From Torpedo marmorata (lineage: Eukaryota), in assembly GCA_977017645.1 (NCBI GenBank), contig OZ360221.1, positions 165,106,001 to 165,170,000 of the forward strand: DNA of 64,000 nucleotides, given 5' to 3'. Made by a program: the position numbers and the translations under genes. The notes under the pieces were generated by a model. That model saw only the letters and a list, made by a program, of their open reading frames with translations. It was not told the DNA's origin and searched no databases. Below are positions 24,350 to 37,995 of this stretch, piece by piece (positions within the stretch are counted from its first letter, which is position 1; each line of letters opens with the position of its first letter).

Positions 24350-27300
24350 TCAGGCAGCAGTAGGATTTTCTCAGACCGTTAGTCAGTTTGCTCTCCACAC
24401 TGTCCACAACTCCATCAATCTTTGTATCATCTACAAACTTACTCACCTACCTTTTCATTCCAGTCACTTGCATAAATCACAAGCAACAGAGGTCCAAGCA
24501 CCAGTCCTTTCAGAACACTAGTGGTCATGGGCCTCCAGTCAGAACAATACCACTATCCGCTGTCAATTGTGTGCCAGCCAATTCTACATTCAAATGATCA
24601 ATTCACCATAGATCCCATGCACCTACATCTTCTGAATCAGCTTACCATGAGGGACCTTGTGAAATACCTAACTTAAGTCCATGTAGACAATATCCACTGT
24701 CCTACCCTCATCAACAACCTTTGTCACCTCCTCAAAAAACTCAATAAAATTTGAAAGACATGACCCATGCTGAATGTCCCTAACCTGATCAGACCTTTTC
24801 CAAATGTGCATAAAAGCCATCCCTAAGTATACTCTCTAATAGTTTCCCTACCACTGATGTGAGACTCATTGGCCAATAATTTCCTGGATTATACCTATTT
24901 CCCTTCTTGAACAAAGTCCTCCGGGACCTCACCTGTGGCTGGTGAGGATAAAAAGATCTCCGTCAAGACCCCAGCAATCTAATTTCTTATTGCTTTCAAT
25001 GACTTGGGATATATCCCATCAAGCCCCAGGGACTTATCCACCTTAATGCTCTTCAAAAGGCCCAGCACCATCTCTTTCTTGATCGCAAAATGTCCCTACA
25101 GTACATGTCAGCATTCCCTAGCCTATGCTCCCTATCGCTGTTAGCTGTGTCATTCTCCTTATGAATACCAATACAAAGTACTCATTTACTACTTCACTCA
25201 GCAGGTCACACAGCATCCATAGGAAGCAAAGGGTAAGCAACATTTTGGGTCCAAGCCCTTCATCAAGGAATACCTTGATAACCCTTGTTAGCCCAGTAAC
25301 AGCTGCTCCCAATTAACTCCCCTTAGCTCATGCCTAATAATTTGCCCTCCCCAATTTAGTATTTTCTCACGAGTTCAAGGCGTATCCTTATAACTATCTG
25401 GAAACTTGCAGAATTGTGATCACTATTCGTAAAATGCTCTCCGACTGAAACACCAATCACCTGGCCTGGCTCATTTCCCAATACAAGGTCTAGTGTGGCC
25501 CCTTCTCTGCTTGGATTGTCTGCGAGCTTCAAGAAACCTGCTTGGGTGCATTTAACAAATTCCATCCCTAATCTCAGATCATTCACCTTTATTGATGACA
25601 TATATAATTCCAGAGAAAGAAAAAACTGTATATAATTGGAGATTAGATTCTTCTTTATTAAATAGAAAAGACTTTTGTGAATATATAAGAAAAGAAATTC
25701 AGGAATTTTTAAGAATTAATAATAATTCAGTTAATGATAAATTTATAATTTGGGAATCTTTAAAAGCATATCTAAAAGGTTTGATAATAAGTTTTTCGGC
25801 AAAAATTAGAAAAGACTATTTGAAAGAAGAAGAAAAATTGGAAAGGGAGATTGAATTTATGGAGAAAGATTTTCAAAGAAATAAAACAATTTTTAAGAGA
25901 CAACGTTTAATTAGGAAAAAATTGCATTATAATATATTACAAACTCGAAAAATAGAAAAATTAATTGGTAGAACAAAACAAAGATATTATGAATTGGGAG
26001 AAAGAGCACATAAAGTTCTAGCATGGCAATTAAAAAAAGAACAAGTTTCTAAAACTATAAATGCTATAAAAAAAGTACTGGTGAAATAACTTATAAACCT
26101 CAGGAAATAAATGATTCTTTCAGAGAATATTATCAGAATTTATATACTTCGCAGATTGATCAGGATGTTACAAAAATGGATAATTTTTTATCTAAAATTA
26201 CATTGCCTAAATTAAATAATTTTAATAGAGATATGTTAGATTTACCTATTACAATGAGAGAAGTAGTTGAAGCTTTATCGTCATTGAAAAGTGGTAAATC
26301 TCCTGGTGATGATGGATTTCCGATAGAGTTTTATAAGAAGTTTAAAGACTTACTGATACCTATATATATGGAAGTATTGACTCAAATTAAGGAAACTCAT
26401 TTATTACCGAAAACTTTTTTAAATGCTATTATTACAGTTATACCAAAGAAAGATAGAGATGTATTAAAAACTGAGTCATACAGGCCTATATCACTGTTGA
26501 ATGTAGATTATAAATTAATGGCAAAAATTTTGACAAACAGACTAGCTAAGTTTTTACCGTTTTTAATACATTCAGATCAAGCAGGATTTATTAAAAATAG
26601 ATATTCGAAGGATAATATAGCAAGATTAATAAGTTTAATTAACTTGCAAAAAAGGAAACAGGATTTGCCGCTGGTGATAACATTAGATGCAGAAAAAGCA
26701 TTTGATAGATTAGAATGGAATTTTTTATTTAAGGTTTTAGAGAAATATGGATTTGGGAATACTTTTATAAATTGGATTAAAACTATATATAAAGAACCTA
26801 CAGCTAGAGTAATTACAAATGGTCAGATATCATCTAAATTCCCTTTGTTGAGGTCAACAAGACAAGGATGCCCTTTATCACCTGCTTTATTTGTATTGGC
26901 AATAGAACCGTTGGCTGAAGTGATTAGGAAAGATATTAATATAAATGGGATTAAAGTAGGTGCAGAAGAACATAAAATTAGTTTATTTGCAGATGATGTA
27001 TTAATATATATGACGAAATCTATTGGATCGCTTCAACAATTAGCTAAGATATTGAGGGAGTATGGTGAGATATCTGGTTACAAAATAAATTCAGATAAGA
27101 GTGAAATAATGGCTTTATCTCAAGGAGATTATACTAAATGTAAAGAAGTTACAGGATTTAAATGGGCTAAAGAAGGAATTAAATATCTGGGAGTTAAAGT
27201 AGATACAAAATTGGAAAATTTATATAAATTAAATTATGTACCTTTATTTCAGAAAATAAAGAAAGATTTGGAGAATTGGAAAGATTTACCTATTACCTTA

Positions 27301-29270
27301 ATGGGAAGAGTGAATTGTATTAAAATGAATATTTTTCCAAGAGTTCAATATCTTTTTCAATCTATTCCTTTTGGAATTCCTCAAAAAAATTTTAAAGATT
27401 TAAAAACTATTATTAGAAAATTTCTATGGAAAGGAAAATTAGCAAGAGTAAGTATGGATAAATTAACTTGGGAATACGGGATGGGTGGATTACAACTCCC
27501 CAATTTTCAATATTATTATAAGGCAGCTCAATTAAAGTTTATTAATGATTTTTTTGATTTAACTAAATCTACTGCTTGGATTAATATAGAATTGAATAAT
27601 ATAGGGGAAAGATATAAAGAAGATATTATTTATAAATGGAATTCTAAATTATTATTAGTTAAAAAGAAAAAATCACCGATTATTAAACATTTATTGGAAA
27701 TCTGGACTCAGTTAGACAATGAGATAGGACGAAAAGGGTCATTGTCTCTGAATATGCCATTGTATCAGAATTTATTGTTACCTTTTTCTATTGATAATCA
27801 ATTTTTAAAACTATGGTTTCAAAAAGGAATTAAGAAGATTAAAGATTGTTTTGAGGCTGGAAGATTTGTTACATTCTCTAGGTTGAAAGAAAAATTTGGA
27901 ATAATGGATAATACAATTTTGGCTTACTATCAGGTTAGAGGATTTTTAGTTGAGAAATTGGGGAATCAATTAACAACTCCAAGACAGGATGGATTAGAAT
28001 TATTAATTACGAATGGAAATGTTAACAAATTTATATCACAAATGTATAAATTACTTCAGAGAAAAATGCCTAAGGTAGGATTACATAAATCAAGATTAAG
28101 TTGAGAATCAGATTTAAATATTAATATAGATGAAAAACATTGGAAAGAATTATGTAAATTGAGTATGACTAAAATTATTAATGTTAGATATAGATTAGTA
28201 CAATATTATTTTTTTCATCAATTATATTTAACACCTAAAAAATTAAAGAAATTTAACCCGGCACTATCAGATATGTGTTTTAGATGTAAGGATGAAATAG
28301 GTTCTTTTGTACACTGTACATGGTCATGTTTAAAAATTCAAAATTTTTGGTCTAAAGTTAAAGATTTTTTGGATAGAATTTTTAATATTACGGTTCCAAT
28401 GGACCCTATGTTATTTTTATTTGGAGATATTAAAAAATTTAGTATTAGAAATAGATTGAATATGTATCAAATAGAATTTTTACGAATTGTCTTAGCGGTT
28501 TCAAAAAAATGTATCGCTATTACTTGGAAATCAGATTTAGATTTGAATTTAGATAGATTACATGCAGAATTACGTTCTTGTATACCATTGGAAAAAATTA
28601 CATATAATTTACGGAATAATTATCATTTCTTTTTGAAAATTTGGAGCCCATATATGAGAATTATGGGTATGAATTCATTCTCTAGAAGTTGGTACCGCTG
28701 GCAAAAATAACCTCCAATATATAAATAGAATTAGCTTGTAATTTGTTTTCTCCACACTTTAATTCTTTAATTCTTTATTATTCAATTCTTTCTTTTTTTT
28801 TCTTTATAACTAACATTCTTTTTTTTTCTTTTTTTTTAGAATAGTGCTGGGGGGGTTAGGGAGGGGAGGGTGGGAGGGGGGGAGGTAATATATCACATGT
28901 ATTTTGAATAATATACTATTTTTGATTTATGTATTTTGTGATTTTAAAATTTAAATAAAATTATTTTTTAAAAAAACAAACAAAAAAAAAAAAAATTCCA
29001 TCCCATCTAAGCGTCTGGCACTAAGGATGTCCCAGACAATCTTAGGGAAATTAAAGTCTCCCTCTACGATAACCTTGTTGCTTTTCCATAACTTTTCTAT
29101 ACATCTGTTCCTTTATCTCTCAGGAGCTGTTGGGAGGCCTGTAGTGTAACCCTATCAGAATGATTGTGCCTTTCTCATTTTTGAATTCTCCCCAAACTGC
29201 CTCAGTCAATGGGTCGTCCATTACATCCCCTCTGAGTACAGCAGTTAGTATTACAACCCCTCCACCTTTA
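24350..29270 (-). mobile_element. Decayed CR1 LINE, interrupted by a PLE fragment (about 25195-25270) and an L1
   Basis: SKFVDDTKIDGVVD; ATLDLVLGNEPGQV...SDHN; resumes after 28992. Confidence 0.85.
25569..28992 (+). mobile_element. 5'-truncated L1, AT-rich sister family
   Basis: ORF2 pieces 25592-26089, 26176-28104, 28159-28710; poly(A); TSD AAATTCCATCCC (25557-25568, 28993-29004). Confidence 0.95.
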
Positions 29271-29387
29271 CCTCTCTATCCTGTATAAATGCTTGATTTC
29301 TGCACATGGATAATAAAGTAGTAATATAATTAAAAACCTATGTTTATAAAAACCTAGAAGTTGAGATTTTACAGTGCTAGAAAACAC

Positions 29388-29654
29388 ATTTAAATTTAAA
29401 TTTAAATTTAGACATACAGCACAGTAACAGGCCATTTCGGCCCATGAGTCCATGCTGCCCAATTTTACACCAAATTAACCTACACCCCCAGCACATTTCA
29501 AACGGTGGGAGGAAACCAGAGCCCCCAGGGAAAACCCACGCAGACACGGGGAGAACGTACAAACTCTTTACAGACAGCGTGGGATTCGAACCCAAGTCCC
29601 GATCGCTACCGCTGTAAAGGTGTTGCGCTAACCGCTATGCCAACCGTGCTACCC
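29388..29654 (-). mobile_element. tRNA-derived V-SINE (HE1-like)
   Basis: A box TGGCATAGCGG, B box GGTTCGAATCC, V-domain GTTTGTACGTTCTCCCCGTGTCTGCGTGGGTTT, CR1-like tail, (TAAATT)n. Confidence 0.88.
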
Positions 29655-30484
29655 TAGTGGTGTAGAATTCATCAGAGGAAAAACTGTCCCAGATTCCGCA
29701 TGAAGTCATATTGGACTCCAGTAAATTTAACAATAACCAGTAACACAAAATCAGATTAGTAGCACTACAGTGGATAAAGGCAGTTAACTCAAATATTACA
29801 GCCTATTTGTTTACTTGAATGGGTGCTTTTAGGCAGCTTTAAATAAGAGTTCACGTGTCTACAAATACTATAACAGATAGACTTTTGAATTTGAATCAAA
29901 ATATTGGGGGGGAAGGCGATTACTCTTTGTAGAAATAAGGATTCAGCAGATTTTTTTGAGCAAAGTGATGATAAACTTGTTACTATAGATCAGGACAGAG
30001 CCTGTTAGAAGCTAACAGATGTGTGATTTTATGAAATGCTTGATACACAAAATGTCTGAAGTATTTTGGAAGACATAGCTAATTACATTATGACTGCACA
30101 TTAGTATGTGAATTGAAAAATTAGTGGAGTCAGTTGTCAGTTTTTGGTGACTAATGAGCATTGGTTAGTCTTTCCTGATGGCAAAGAGATCCAATTCAAT
30201 TTTCCGTGTGTGTTTTGAAGCCCCAATCCAGCTTGTTCAATTGGAGTCTTAAGAATGAAGTGGGGTATCCATTATCAAGATACTTAGTTGAAGTTGGGGC
30301 CTGCCTTCACATACAGCAATGTTTCCATTTGAATGGCAGTGGTCCACATCACATTCAGGAACCCAAAGAATTCCTTCTACCCACCACAGTTCAGAATGAA
30401 TATGACACTTACCTGTTTGGTTCTTCATCTATGAAATTGATTAGCTGAAATCAAAGACCTTTTTACATCATAAGAGACAATGAA

Positions 30485-30990
30485 AAAGATATTTGCATTT
30501 ACAGTAAAACCCCTAGTATCTGGCACCTAGGCACTTATGGGGATTGGTAGATGCCGGATAAGTGAATTTTCCGGTTGCTTGAGATTGCGTGTTGCCTGAT
30601 TTGTGAACTAACAGCGAGGCGCGCCAATTTTAAACTTCCGTATTTTTTATCTATTTATTTTCAGCTTTTTTTTTTTTGCCAGTTGCTTGAGGTTGCCGGT
30701 TGCTTGAATTCCAGTTAACAGGGATTTTACTGTAAGTAGCATCTCTCCTAACCTTGCAACATCATTATCTACATCAAAAATGCTTTAGAAGTACTATTAA
30801 AGCGCAGGCACTTCTGTAATAATGATTAGATTATCTGTGTTTTTTTAGAGATGTTGGCTGAGGAATCAGTATCGGCAAGGACACTGCAACTCCTCTGGAA
30901 CTTCTCTGCTTTCCCCAAAATGGTGTATTAAGAGGGTTTCCATTCCTACCCAAGGGGAGGCAGAGATCAGAAGGAGCTTTTTGTCAGAAA
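30485..30990 (-). mobile_element. Ancient DeuSINE (AmnSINE1/SacSINE1-like) remnant
   Basis: gatgttggctgaggaatcagtatcggcaaggacac and ttgcattt... tail resemble the Deu-family consensus (from memory). Confidence 0.45.
30502..30732. mobile_element. Tc1/mariner-pogo type MITE
   Basis: TIRs CAGTAAAACCCCT / AGGGATTTTACTG; TA duplication on both sides. Confidence 0.88.
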
Positions 30991-31218
30991 TTTTGGAGAC
31001 TAGTTATCAACCTCTTTAAAAATGAACCCAGGCTAACAAGAATTAAAGTTAGCAGTAAGTTTACCGAGCTCATTTTTGAGAGCAATAACACCGAGCCAAG
31101 ACAGTTAAAATAGAAGTAAAACACAAAAATCTGCAGACACCGTGGTTGAAGTAAAAACACAAAGCTGGAGAAACTCAGCAGGTCAAGCAGTGTCCTTTAA
31201 ATAGCAAAGGTAAAAATA

Positions 31219-31259
31219 CATAACTGACGTTTCGGGCTTGAGCCCTTCATCAAGGTATG
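31219..31259 (-). ncRNA. Minimal type I hammerhead ribozyme motif
   Basis: CAUACC UUGAUGA A GGGC-UCAA-GCCC GAA ACGU C AGUUAUG. Confidence 0.55.
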
Positions 31260-31336
31260 GAAAAATGTCGGCAGGCATCCGAACAAAACCACCCTATCCC
31301 CCTACTCTTTTGTTCGGACGCCTGCCGACATTTTTC

Positions 31337-31377
31337 CATACCTTGATGAAGGGCTCAAGCCCGAAACGTCGGTTATG
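31337..31377 (+). ncRNA. Minimal type I hammerhead ribozyme motif
   Basis: CAUACC UUGAUGA A GGGC-UCAA-GCCC GAA ACGU C GGUUAUG; predicted GUC cut after 31370. Confidence 0.62.
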
Positions 31378-32069
31378 TATTTTTACCTTTGCTACATAAA
31401 GGTCACTGTTTGACCTGCTGAGTTTCTCCCGCTTTGTGTTTTTACAGTTAAAATAGAACTCTTTAATTTTTATGTTTCTCAAAATCGAGGAGAGATGACT
31501 GCCAATATTTTTGTATAATAGAGATTTTGGAGTGGTTTCTGTATTGTCAAAATGTAAACTTTATATATTGTCTGCCTGGCAGCCAACATACCAATTTATT
31601 CTTTTAAATCACATAGACACTTGCCTTCAGCTGTGGTGTGTTATCTGTAGCGCTAAAATAAGGCTGACAATAATTAACCGACATTGCATCATTGGAGTGC
31701 TGCTTAGTGCCTCTTCATTGATTCCGGCAACCTGAATAAACATCAATAATACTGAATTATTTAGGAGACTACCTTGATCAATGAGACAGGTTGATACAGC
31801 TCCATTTTTGGAGAGAAAATCTCTCAAAAGATGAAATCTGAAAGGTTATTTTGGTCTGCTGCAAATAATTTTTAACTATATTTTTAAAGTTTTCAGGATT
31901 CTCAATGTGATTTTTTGACACTGGCCATATCATTGGTGCGAGCATTTCAACTCTGATTTAGGAAGTAGGAAAGGTACACTTTTAGTCTAAAAGGGAAACA
32001 AATAAATAACAATGCAACACGTCGGCCTGTCATGTGGAATCCATGATGGAGGACATTAAGATAATTGTG

Positions 32070-32641
32070 GTAAAACATGAAAGTCTGCAGACGCAGTGAT
32101 TGAAGTAAAAACTCAATGCTGGAGAAACTCAGCAGGTCAAACAGCGTACTTTATATAGCAAAGGTAAAGATACATAACCAACATTTCGGGCTTGAGCCCT
32201 TCAACAAGGTATGAGCAAAATGTAGGCAGGCGCCTGAATAAAATGGTGGTGGTGGTAGGAATACAGGTCCACAGGCAAGAGGTGGAGAAGGGAGGGAGGG
32301 CACACCAGCAAATACGGGGAGGGGGTGGCTTTGTGAATAGAGAGGGAAAGGGGTAGAGAGCTGGAGGAAAGGAGACAAAGGGATGGGGAAGAGAGGGAGT
32401 GGTCTAGCAGAATCAGAGAAGTCGATGTAATTCCATCTGGTTGGAGAGTGCCCAGATGGAATATTAGGTGTTGCTCCTCCAATTTACAGATGGCCTTGGT
32501 TTGACAGTACATGAGGCCATGGACAGACATGTCAACGCGGGAATGGGGTGCAGAATTGAAATGGTTGACCACTGGGAGATCCCTGTCACTGATGCAGACA
32601 GAGCAAAGGTGCTCAGCAAAGTGATCTCCCAGTCTGTGTTC
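32070..32641 (-). mobile_element. Penelope-like element 3' fragment (GIY-YIG endonuclease C-terminus plus pseudo-LTR)
   Basis: RLGDHFAEHL...PVVNHFN...KLEEQHLIFHLGTLQPDG; decayed hammerhead near 32173-32213; TSD AGATAATTGTG. Confidence 0.88.
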
Positions 32642-33195
32642 AGATAATTGTGCCTTTCTCAACTTCTTGAAGGACTGGGCTAATTAGTACCATTCTCCTG
32701 TCCTTGTAGCCATATAAGTTTTCCCCTTTCCAAACATTTATCAATTTCACATTTGGAAGTTTAATCTGTTTCTATCACCTTTTTAGCCTGGAGTAAATTA
32801 TGGATTGTAGAATAAGAAATGCTTTTTGCTTTAATCACTACTCACCATTAAACTCACCCCAGCTGCTGTTCATTACTGATTTTCTCACAGTATCAGAAAT
32901 TGCAAGTCTTCTTAATGAATGGAACAGGATGAAAGTTACAAGAGGATTTGACAGCAGCATGACAAAAAGCAGCTAACATGTAGTCCTACACTCAAAGTTA
33001 ATTTTGAACAATTCTCATCAAGTTTGGGCATTACCTTTAATGAGCTCAGACAGTCCCAGTGCAAAGTTCCAGTTTCTGCCTGCAAATTGAACAAATTTGC
33101 AATCTTTCTGCAAGTTACTGCATGTTATGCATAATCTTTTCTGAGAGGCAATTCTGTAAACTCATCTCTACAACAATGACCTACGTTTACATTGA

Positions 33196-33387
33196 GAAAC
33201 ACAAAAACTGCACATGGCAGAATCTTGATTGAACAGAGAAGGTGGAGAGACTCAGCATTCATAGGTAGAAATGATCAGCACTCTTCAGGTTGGGACCCTT
33301 TATCCACCCCCACTGAAATATTGAGTGACCATTTCTACCATGGATGATGCCTGGCTGGAGTTCCTCTAGCTTCTCTTTGTTCACTCA
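33196..33387. mobile_element. Decayed PLE fold-back element
   Basis: Imperfect inverted arms; GTTTACATT duplication. Confidence 0.5.
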
Positions 33388-34946
33388 GTTTACATTTGCA
33401 TGTCTGGCTTCTAATTCAGTGCTGGCATTGCACGGTTGAAATCACAATACAGGATAAAGTTGTATAACAATGTGTGCACAGGTCAGTTGGTGCAAACAAT
33501 CACATAACCTCTACTTATTTTTTCCTGTCAGTATAACTGATCCCAGGAATGATCTGTACTAGGTTCTACTGTCATATGCACTGTGGTACAGTGATCCACA
33601 TGCAAACGCTATTTTGTCTTTGCAACCAGAATGCTTTATTCCACCTATTCCCTGATGGAAGGTTATTTGTCTTCCCGACTCCAAAACAATGTAGCCATTT
33701 GAGTAAATGCCTGTCAACTTACAGAACCTGACTGCAAAATGATAGTTAAATGAGGCTTCCTTTAACTTTCCAGAATCAGTCCAAGCCTATATGGTGAGAA
33801 TAAGGGAGATTCATTGAAAGTGTTTATTTTCCTTTTACTGTTTCAAGACTCACTCCTTTGTTTTCCTACTGCTCGTCTGTCGCGAGGTGCATTGGAAAAT
33901 GTGGAATTCTGACTATAGAACGTACAAAACCTTACATAAAAGCCAGTAGAAATAACTAAAAAATTTAATCAAAATATGTTACCCATATTTATTATTTAAC
34001 ATAAATAATAACATTTCAAATTTTAAAAACTATATTTGCAAAACACAGTGGAACAAATTAGTATCTGAAGGAGAAAGATGGTTAAGATTTTTGATCAGTT
34101 TACTTCATGATAATCTATCGTTCATTTTCTTTGCCTCTTGATATTACACTCCATCTCTTAGAGGTGGTGGGTGTCAGGGAAAATTCTAAAAATGTTACAT
34201 AAGCTTTTTTTGGCACCACATTTTAACCCTTTTTCTGTCCTATTCAATAATTCATCTCTTATGTCTTGCTTTCCAATCCTGTCTCTTTCCTTTCCTCTCC
34301 ACTCTTGCTCAACAGGATCTCTATTCAATATTAAATTGCCGAGGGAATCCTGTGCACTGGAATCGCATTATTGCAGTGTCACAACAACTAATTTGGTGGT
34401 ACTCCCTCCAAATCAAGATTCTGTTGTGACTGAGATCCAAGGTTATGTGCACCTCACCTCACTAAGTGCTCATATTTCTAGCTTCAGATATTCCATTTAA
34501 GCTTCCAGTTTAATCGTGCTGAGAGTTGTCAGTTGTAGTTAATTAGCTTTGTTTTAACAATGGCTTCACATGTTATACTATTTCATTTGTATCCTGGTCA
34601 CAGAGTAAATACTGCTCTGTTCCAGAAGGGTATGTATCTGGTTGTTGGTGATAAGCCCTATTAATTACTGGCAAGGAGCAGATTCACAAACAGCAATGTT
34701 GGTACAAGTAACTGTTTTGTTTACACAGGGGTGAAGGACAAAACAGGTAAAAATTCATGAATTCAAATAACTATAAATGAGTCACTACACACAATATTTA
34801 TGCTCTACACAGCTCCATAATGAAGATTTGCAAGTTCCGTCTAATTAATTTCCTCATTTCCCATTTAACAAGTGGGAGAACTATTATTGCTGTGACTTTG
34901 ATTTCTTGAACAATTGTTTTTAAATCTCTATCCAACTTATCATGTA

Positions 34947-35650
34947 CAGGTACTCCCCGACCTACAACCTACTCGACTTATCTCCATCCGCACATACGAC
35001 CAAAATTCTTTTTAAAATATACGCTTATGCGCATGCGCAATATAGTACAATATCGTGCCCGGTGCGCAGTCACCATTCTGTAAGCGCGCTAGAAAGATGG
35101 CAAATAAGAGGAAAAACCTATCCCTTGCCGATAGATTGTCTCATTCCACCGTTTCAACAATTTTAAAGGACAAAGAGAAAATACGTGAGGCTGTAAAAGG
35201 TTCTGCAAGTATGAAGAGCCATCTTGATTCCTGTGCGCATGCGCGAGTCTTTGGTTGGCACATGCACGGTGGGTTCACGTACTGGAGTTCGGTTGGCGCA
35301 TGCGCGAGAGTTAAGGGCGCGAATTCAATATCGTTAGGGTGCTTAACTCTCGCGCATGCGCCAACCGAACTCCAATACGCGAACCCACCACACATGCGCC
35401 AACCGAAGACTCGCGCATGCGCCAACCGAGGACTCACGCATGCGCACACGAATCAAGATGGCCACGCCCAGCCGACGGACCCCGGGACGCCGACAAACAA
35501 GGTAAGCATGGACCAGAATGTGGAAAGATTCGCCAAGGTTGATCGACAAATTCAGGAAGCTTTAAGTTCTTATCGTCAAATCTACAAAAAAAAAGATTTG
35601 ATTAAAAAGTTTGCTTTAAGACTCCACGCACGCGGGCAAAATTCTGACAT
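34947..35650 (+). mobile_element. Internally deleted Tigger/pogo derivative
   Basis: TA plus CAGGTACTCCCCGAC left end; TIGD1-like N-terminal (STVSTILKDKEKIREAVKGSASMKS) and C-terminal (DQNVERFAKV...YRQIY) remnants; right TIR not found. Confidence 0.75.
35218..35462. repeat. CpG-rich inverted repeat with GCGCATGCGC units
   Basis: Arms GCCATCTTGATTC...GAGAGTTAAG and CTTAACTCTC...GAATCAAGATGGC. Confidence 0.88.
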
Positions 35651-35659
35651 GTCCATTCT

Positions 35660-36780
35660 GGGAACTGGAAGTTGTTGAAATAATGGAGGGCATGTGAAGT
35701 ATCACAAATGTAGATGGGAGGGACTGGAACAGGGGGACAAAACGGAGTCGAGGTAAGCGGATACTAGTCGGTGGGGCAGGAGCACGCAGACACAATAGGT
35801 CTGCAGGGACAATTGGGTTTGTGGATCTTGGGTAGGAGATAGAACCGGGCAGTGCGGGGTTGGGAAACAATGAGGTTGGAGGCTATGCGAGGGAGATGAC
35901 CAGAAGTGATGAGTTCAGAGATAGTGTGTGATACAGTAGTTTGATCAGTTCTGGTGGGGTCCTGTTGGAGGGGTAAGTAAGAGGAGGTGTCTGAGAGTTG
36001 TCGCCTGACTTCGGACAGATGAGGTCATCCGCCAGACCACAACAGCGCCACCCTTGTCTGCAGCATTAATAGTGAGGTTGGGATTGGTGCAGAGAGAGTG
36101 GAGGGCCAGGCGTTCCGAGGGGGTGAGATTGGAATGAGTGAGGGGGTCTGCGGGTTTGATAGAGAGGTTGGAGAGAACATGGTTTCAGGGAAATCACGGG
36201 GGAATATAGTTATCCTTCCACTGTGGTCAATAGAGCCATCTCCCATATTTCCTCTGTTTCTTGGAGTTCTGCTCTCACTCCACCCACTGCCCCCCCACCC
36301 CACCACCCCCCCCCACCAATAGAACCAAGCACACACGAGGCAACCGTAGCACGGAGCATTTGCACTCTGTCCGCAATGGCTATCTCAAGCTCTAGGTTGC
36401 ATAGCATTTTAATTCCCCTTCAAATTCCCATACTGACCTGTCTGTCCTTGGCCTTCTCCACTGCCCTAGTGAAGCCCAACATAAATGAGAGGAATGACAC
36501 CACATATTCTGCCTGGAGAGTCTGCAGCTCAATAGTATGAAGATTGAAATTTCCAATTCCATGTTACCATTCTCTACCATAAGTTTCACCTACAGGATCC
36601 CTCTCCCCCATTTTGGTTGCATGTCTAATTTGTCTTTCATCTCCATCTAGTACCTTCCATTATCATCATCTCTGTTTATTAGATTCCAGCAACCTTTGTC
36701 TCCATATCATCCCCCCTCCAGCCACCTCCAACCACACCCTGTATGACTTACCTTCCTCCATCTGAACCCTATTTTTTTCT

Positions 36781-36815
<35 letters not shown>

Positions 36816-37055
36816 TTCTCTCTTCCTCCCCCCCCCCCCCCCCTTGGCACCTGCCCATCATCTGCCTTTACCTTTCCCTTGTTCTTCTCTCTCCTACTAG
36901 CTCCAGACCAACTACTTCCACCCTGCACTCAATATAGTGGCTATTTCCCCTCTGCGCTCTCAGTCTTGATGAAGGGTTCTGACCTGAAACATCAACAATT
37001 CTTTTTCTCCCTCTGATGTTGTTAGGCCCATCGAGTTCCTCCAGCGGATTGATTC
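35660..37055. mobile_element. Penelope-like element with inverted RT part (-) joined to EN and pseudo-LTR part (+)
   Basis: PLFQSLPS.../DKGGAVVVW RT remnants on -; GIY-YIG remnant 36340-36560; CT-rich tract; decayed hammerhead cttgatgaagggttctgacctgaaac near 36966. Confidence 0.8.
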
Positions 37056-37786
37056 TTGGATGTTTTAATTCTTCAATCCAGTCCCATTTCAAATTCTATT
37101 TCAGCCGTCACAGAGAAATGATGTTGCAGGCTCATGGGACCATAGGCTCTTACTGCTTCTGTTCTTTGTATTCATATTATTTTATATTTTTTGTATTCTA
37201 TGCTGCTGTAATTCCGATCAATGTAAGAGAAATAGCCCTTCATCTTACAACTATGAAAGGAGCAGCTTTCTGGATGCAACATGAGGTTCAACTATTTTAG
37301 AACATTAAAAATATTTCTTCTTCCATTTTCTTTTGTTTCTTCACTCTCCCCTTCCCATTTGCTTTTTAATCATAGATAATTGTGGCATAAACAAGGGGAC
37401 AGAGGGGAGTTGAATTTTTTCACTCATTAAGCTTTGGGGTTCTATGGATAAGACCTTGAAGAGCTGTAAACAAGAAGGTTTGGACCAAGAATGGGCGGGA
37501 AGTCATTTTGGTTTGTCTTATCTATGCTGGACAAAATAGACTGTACACCTTCCCAGTTCTTATCCACAATCTTTTAGATTATGGTTCTTCAAGGGCTTAT
37601 CCAGTTGTGAGTTCCATTGCACCACAGTTCATTGAGTGAAAAAAGCCCAATTTAAGTCAAATCCTTCGTCCCCCTGTCGTTGTCATCTAAAGGAAATATA
37701 CTATAAACAGACGCTGAGCTTTTCCAGCATTTTCTCTTTTTATTTCAGATTTCCAGCATCTGTAGTTTTGTTTTCTTCCTATAGTA

Positions 37787-37995
37787 CAGCCATTCTCAAC
37801 CTTTTTTTGGCGATGTCCCCCTTAGCACCCTGCTCAAATTTTATGGGAAGCAGTCGTTTAGATGGTTTCTTCTGTACTTCTCTCCTACTGACTGCATAAA
37901 ACACTAAAAAATATTTTATTATTTCAGTCTCTGCCCCCCCCCCTTAAATGTGCTCTGCCCCCCAGGGGGGCTGTTTGGCCCCCGTTGAGAATATC
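37787..37995. mobile_element. hAT-type MITE within PLE remnants (about 37710-38180)
   Basis: CAGCCATTCTCAAC left end, GTTGAGAAT right end. Confidence 0.6.

Larger units (their letters stand above)
31116..31443. mobile_element. Penelope-derived fold-back element
   Basis: 138-bp inverted arms 31151-31288 and 31308-31445; 15-bp TSD ACAGTTAAAATAGAA. Confidence 0.9.

Noticed and set aside
29575-29654. tRNA gene
   Set aside because: A/B boxes belong to the SINE head; no full cloverleaf
30413-30444. Minus-strand mini-exon LINFIDEEPN with CAG/GTAAGT donor
   Set aside because: Isolated, no partner exons; such sites occur by chance
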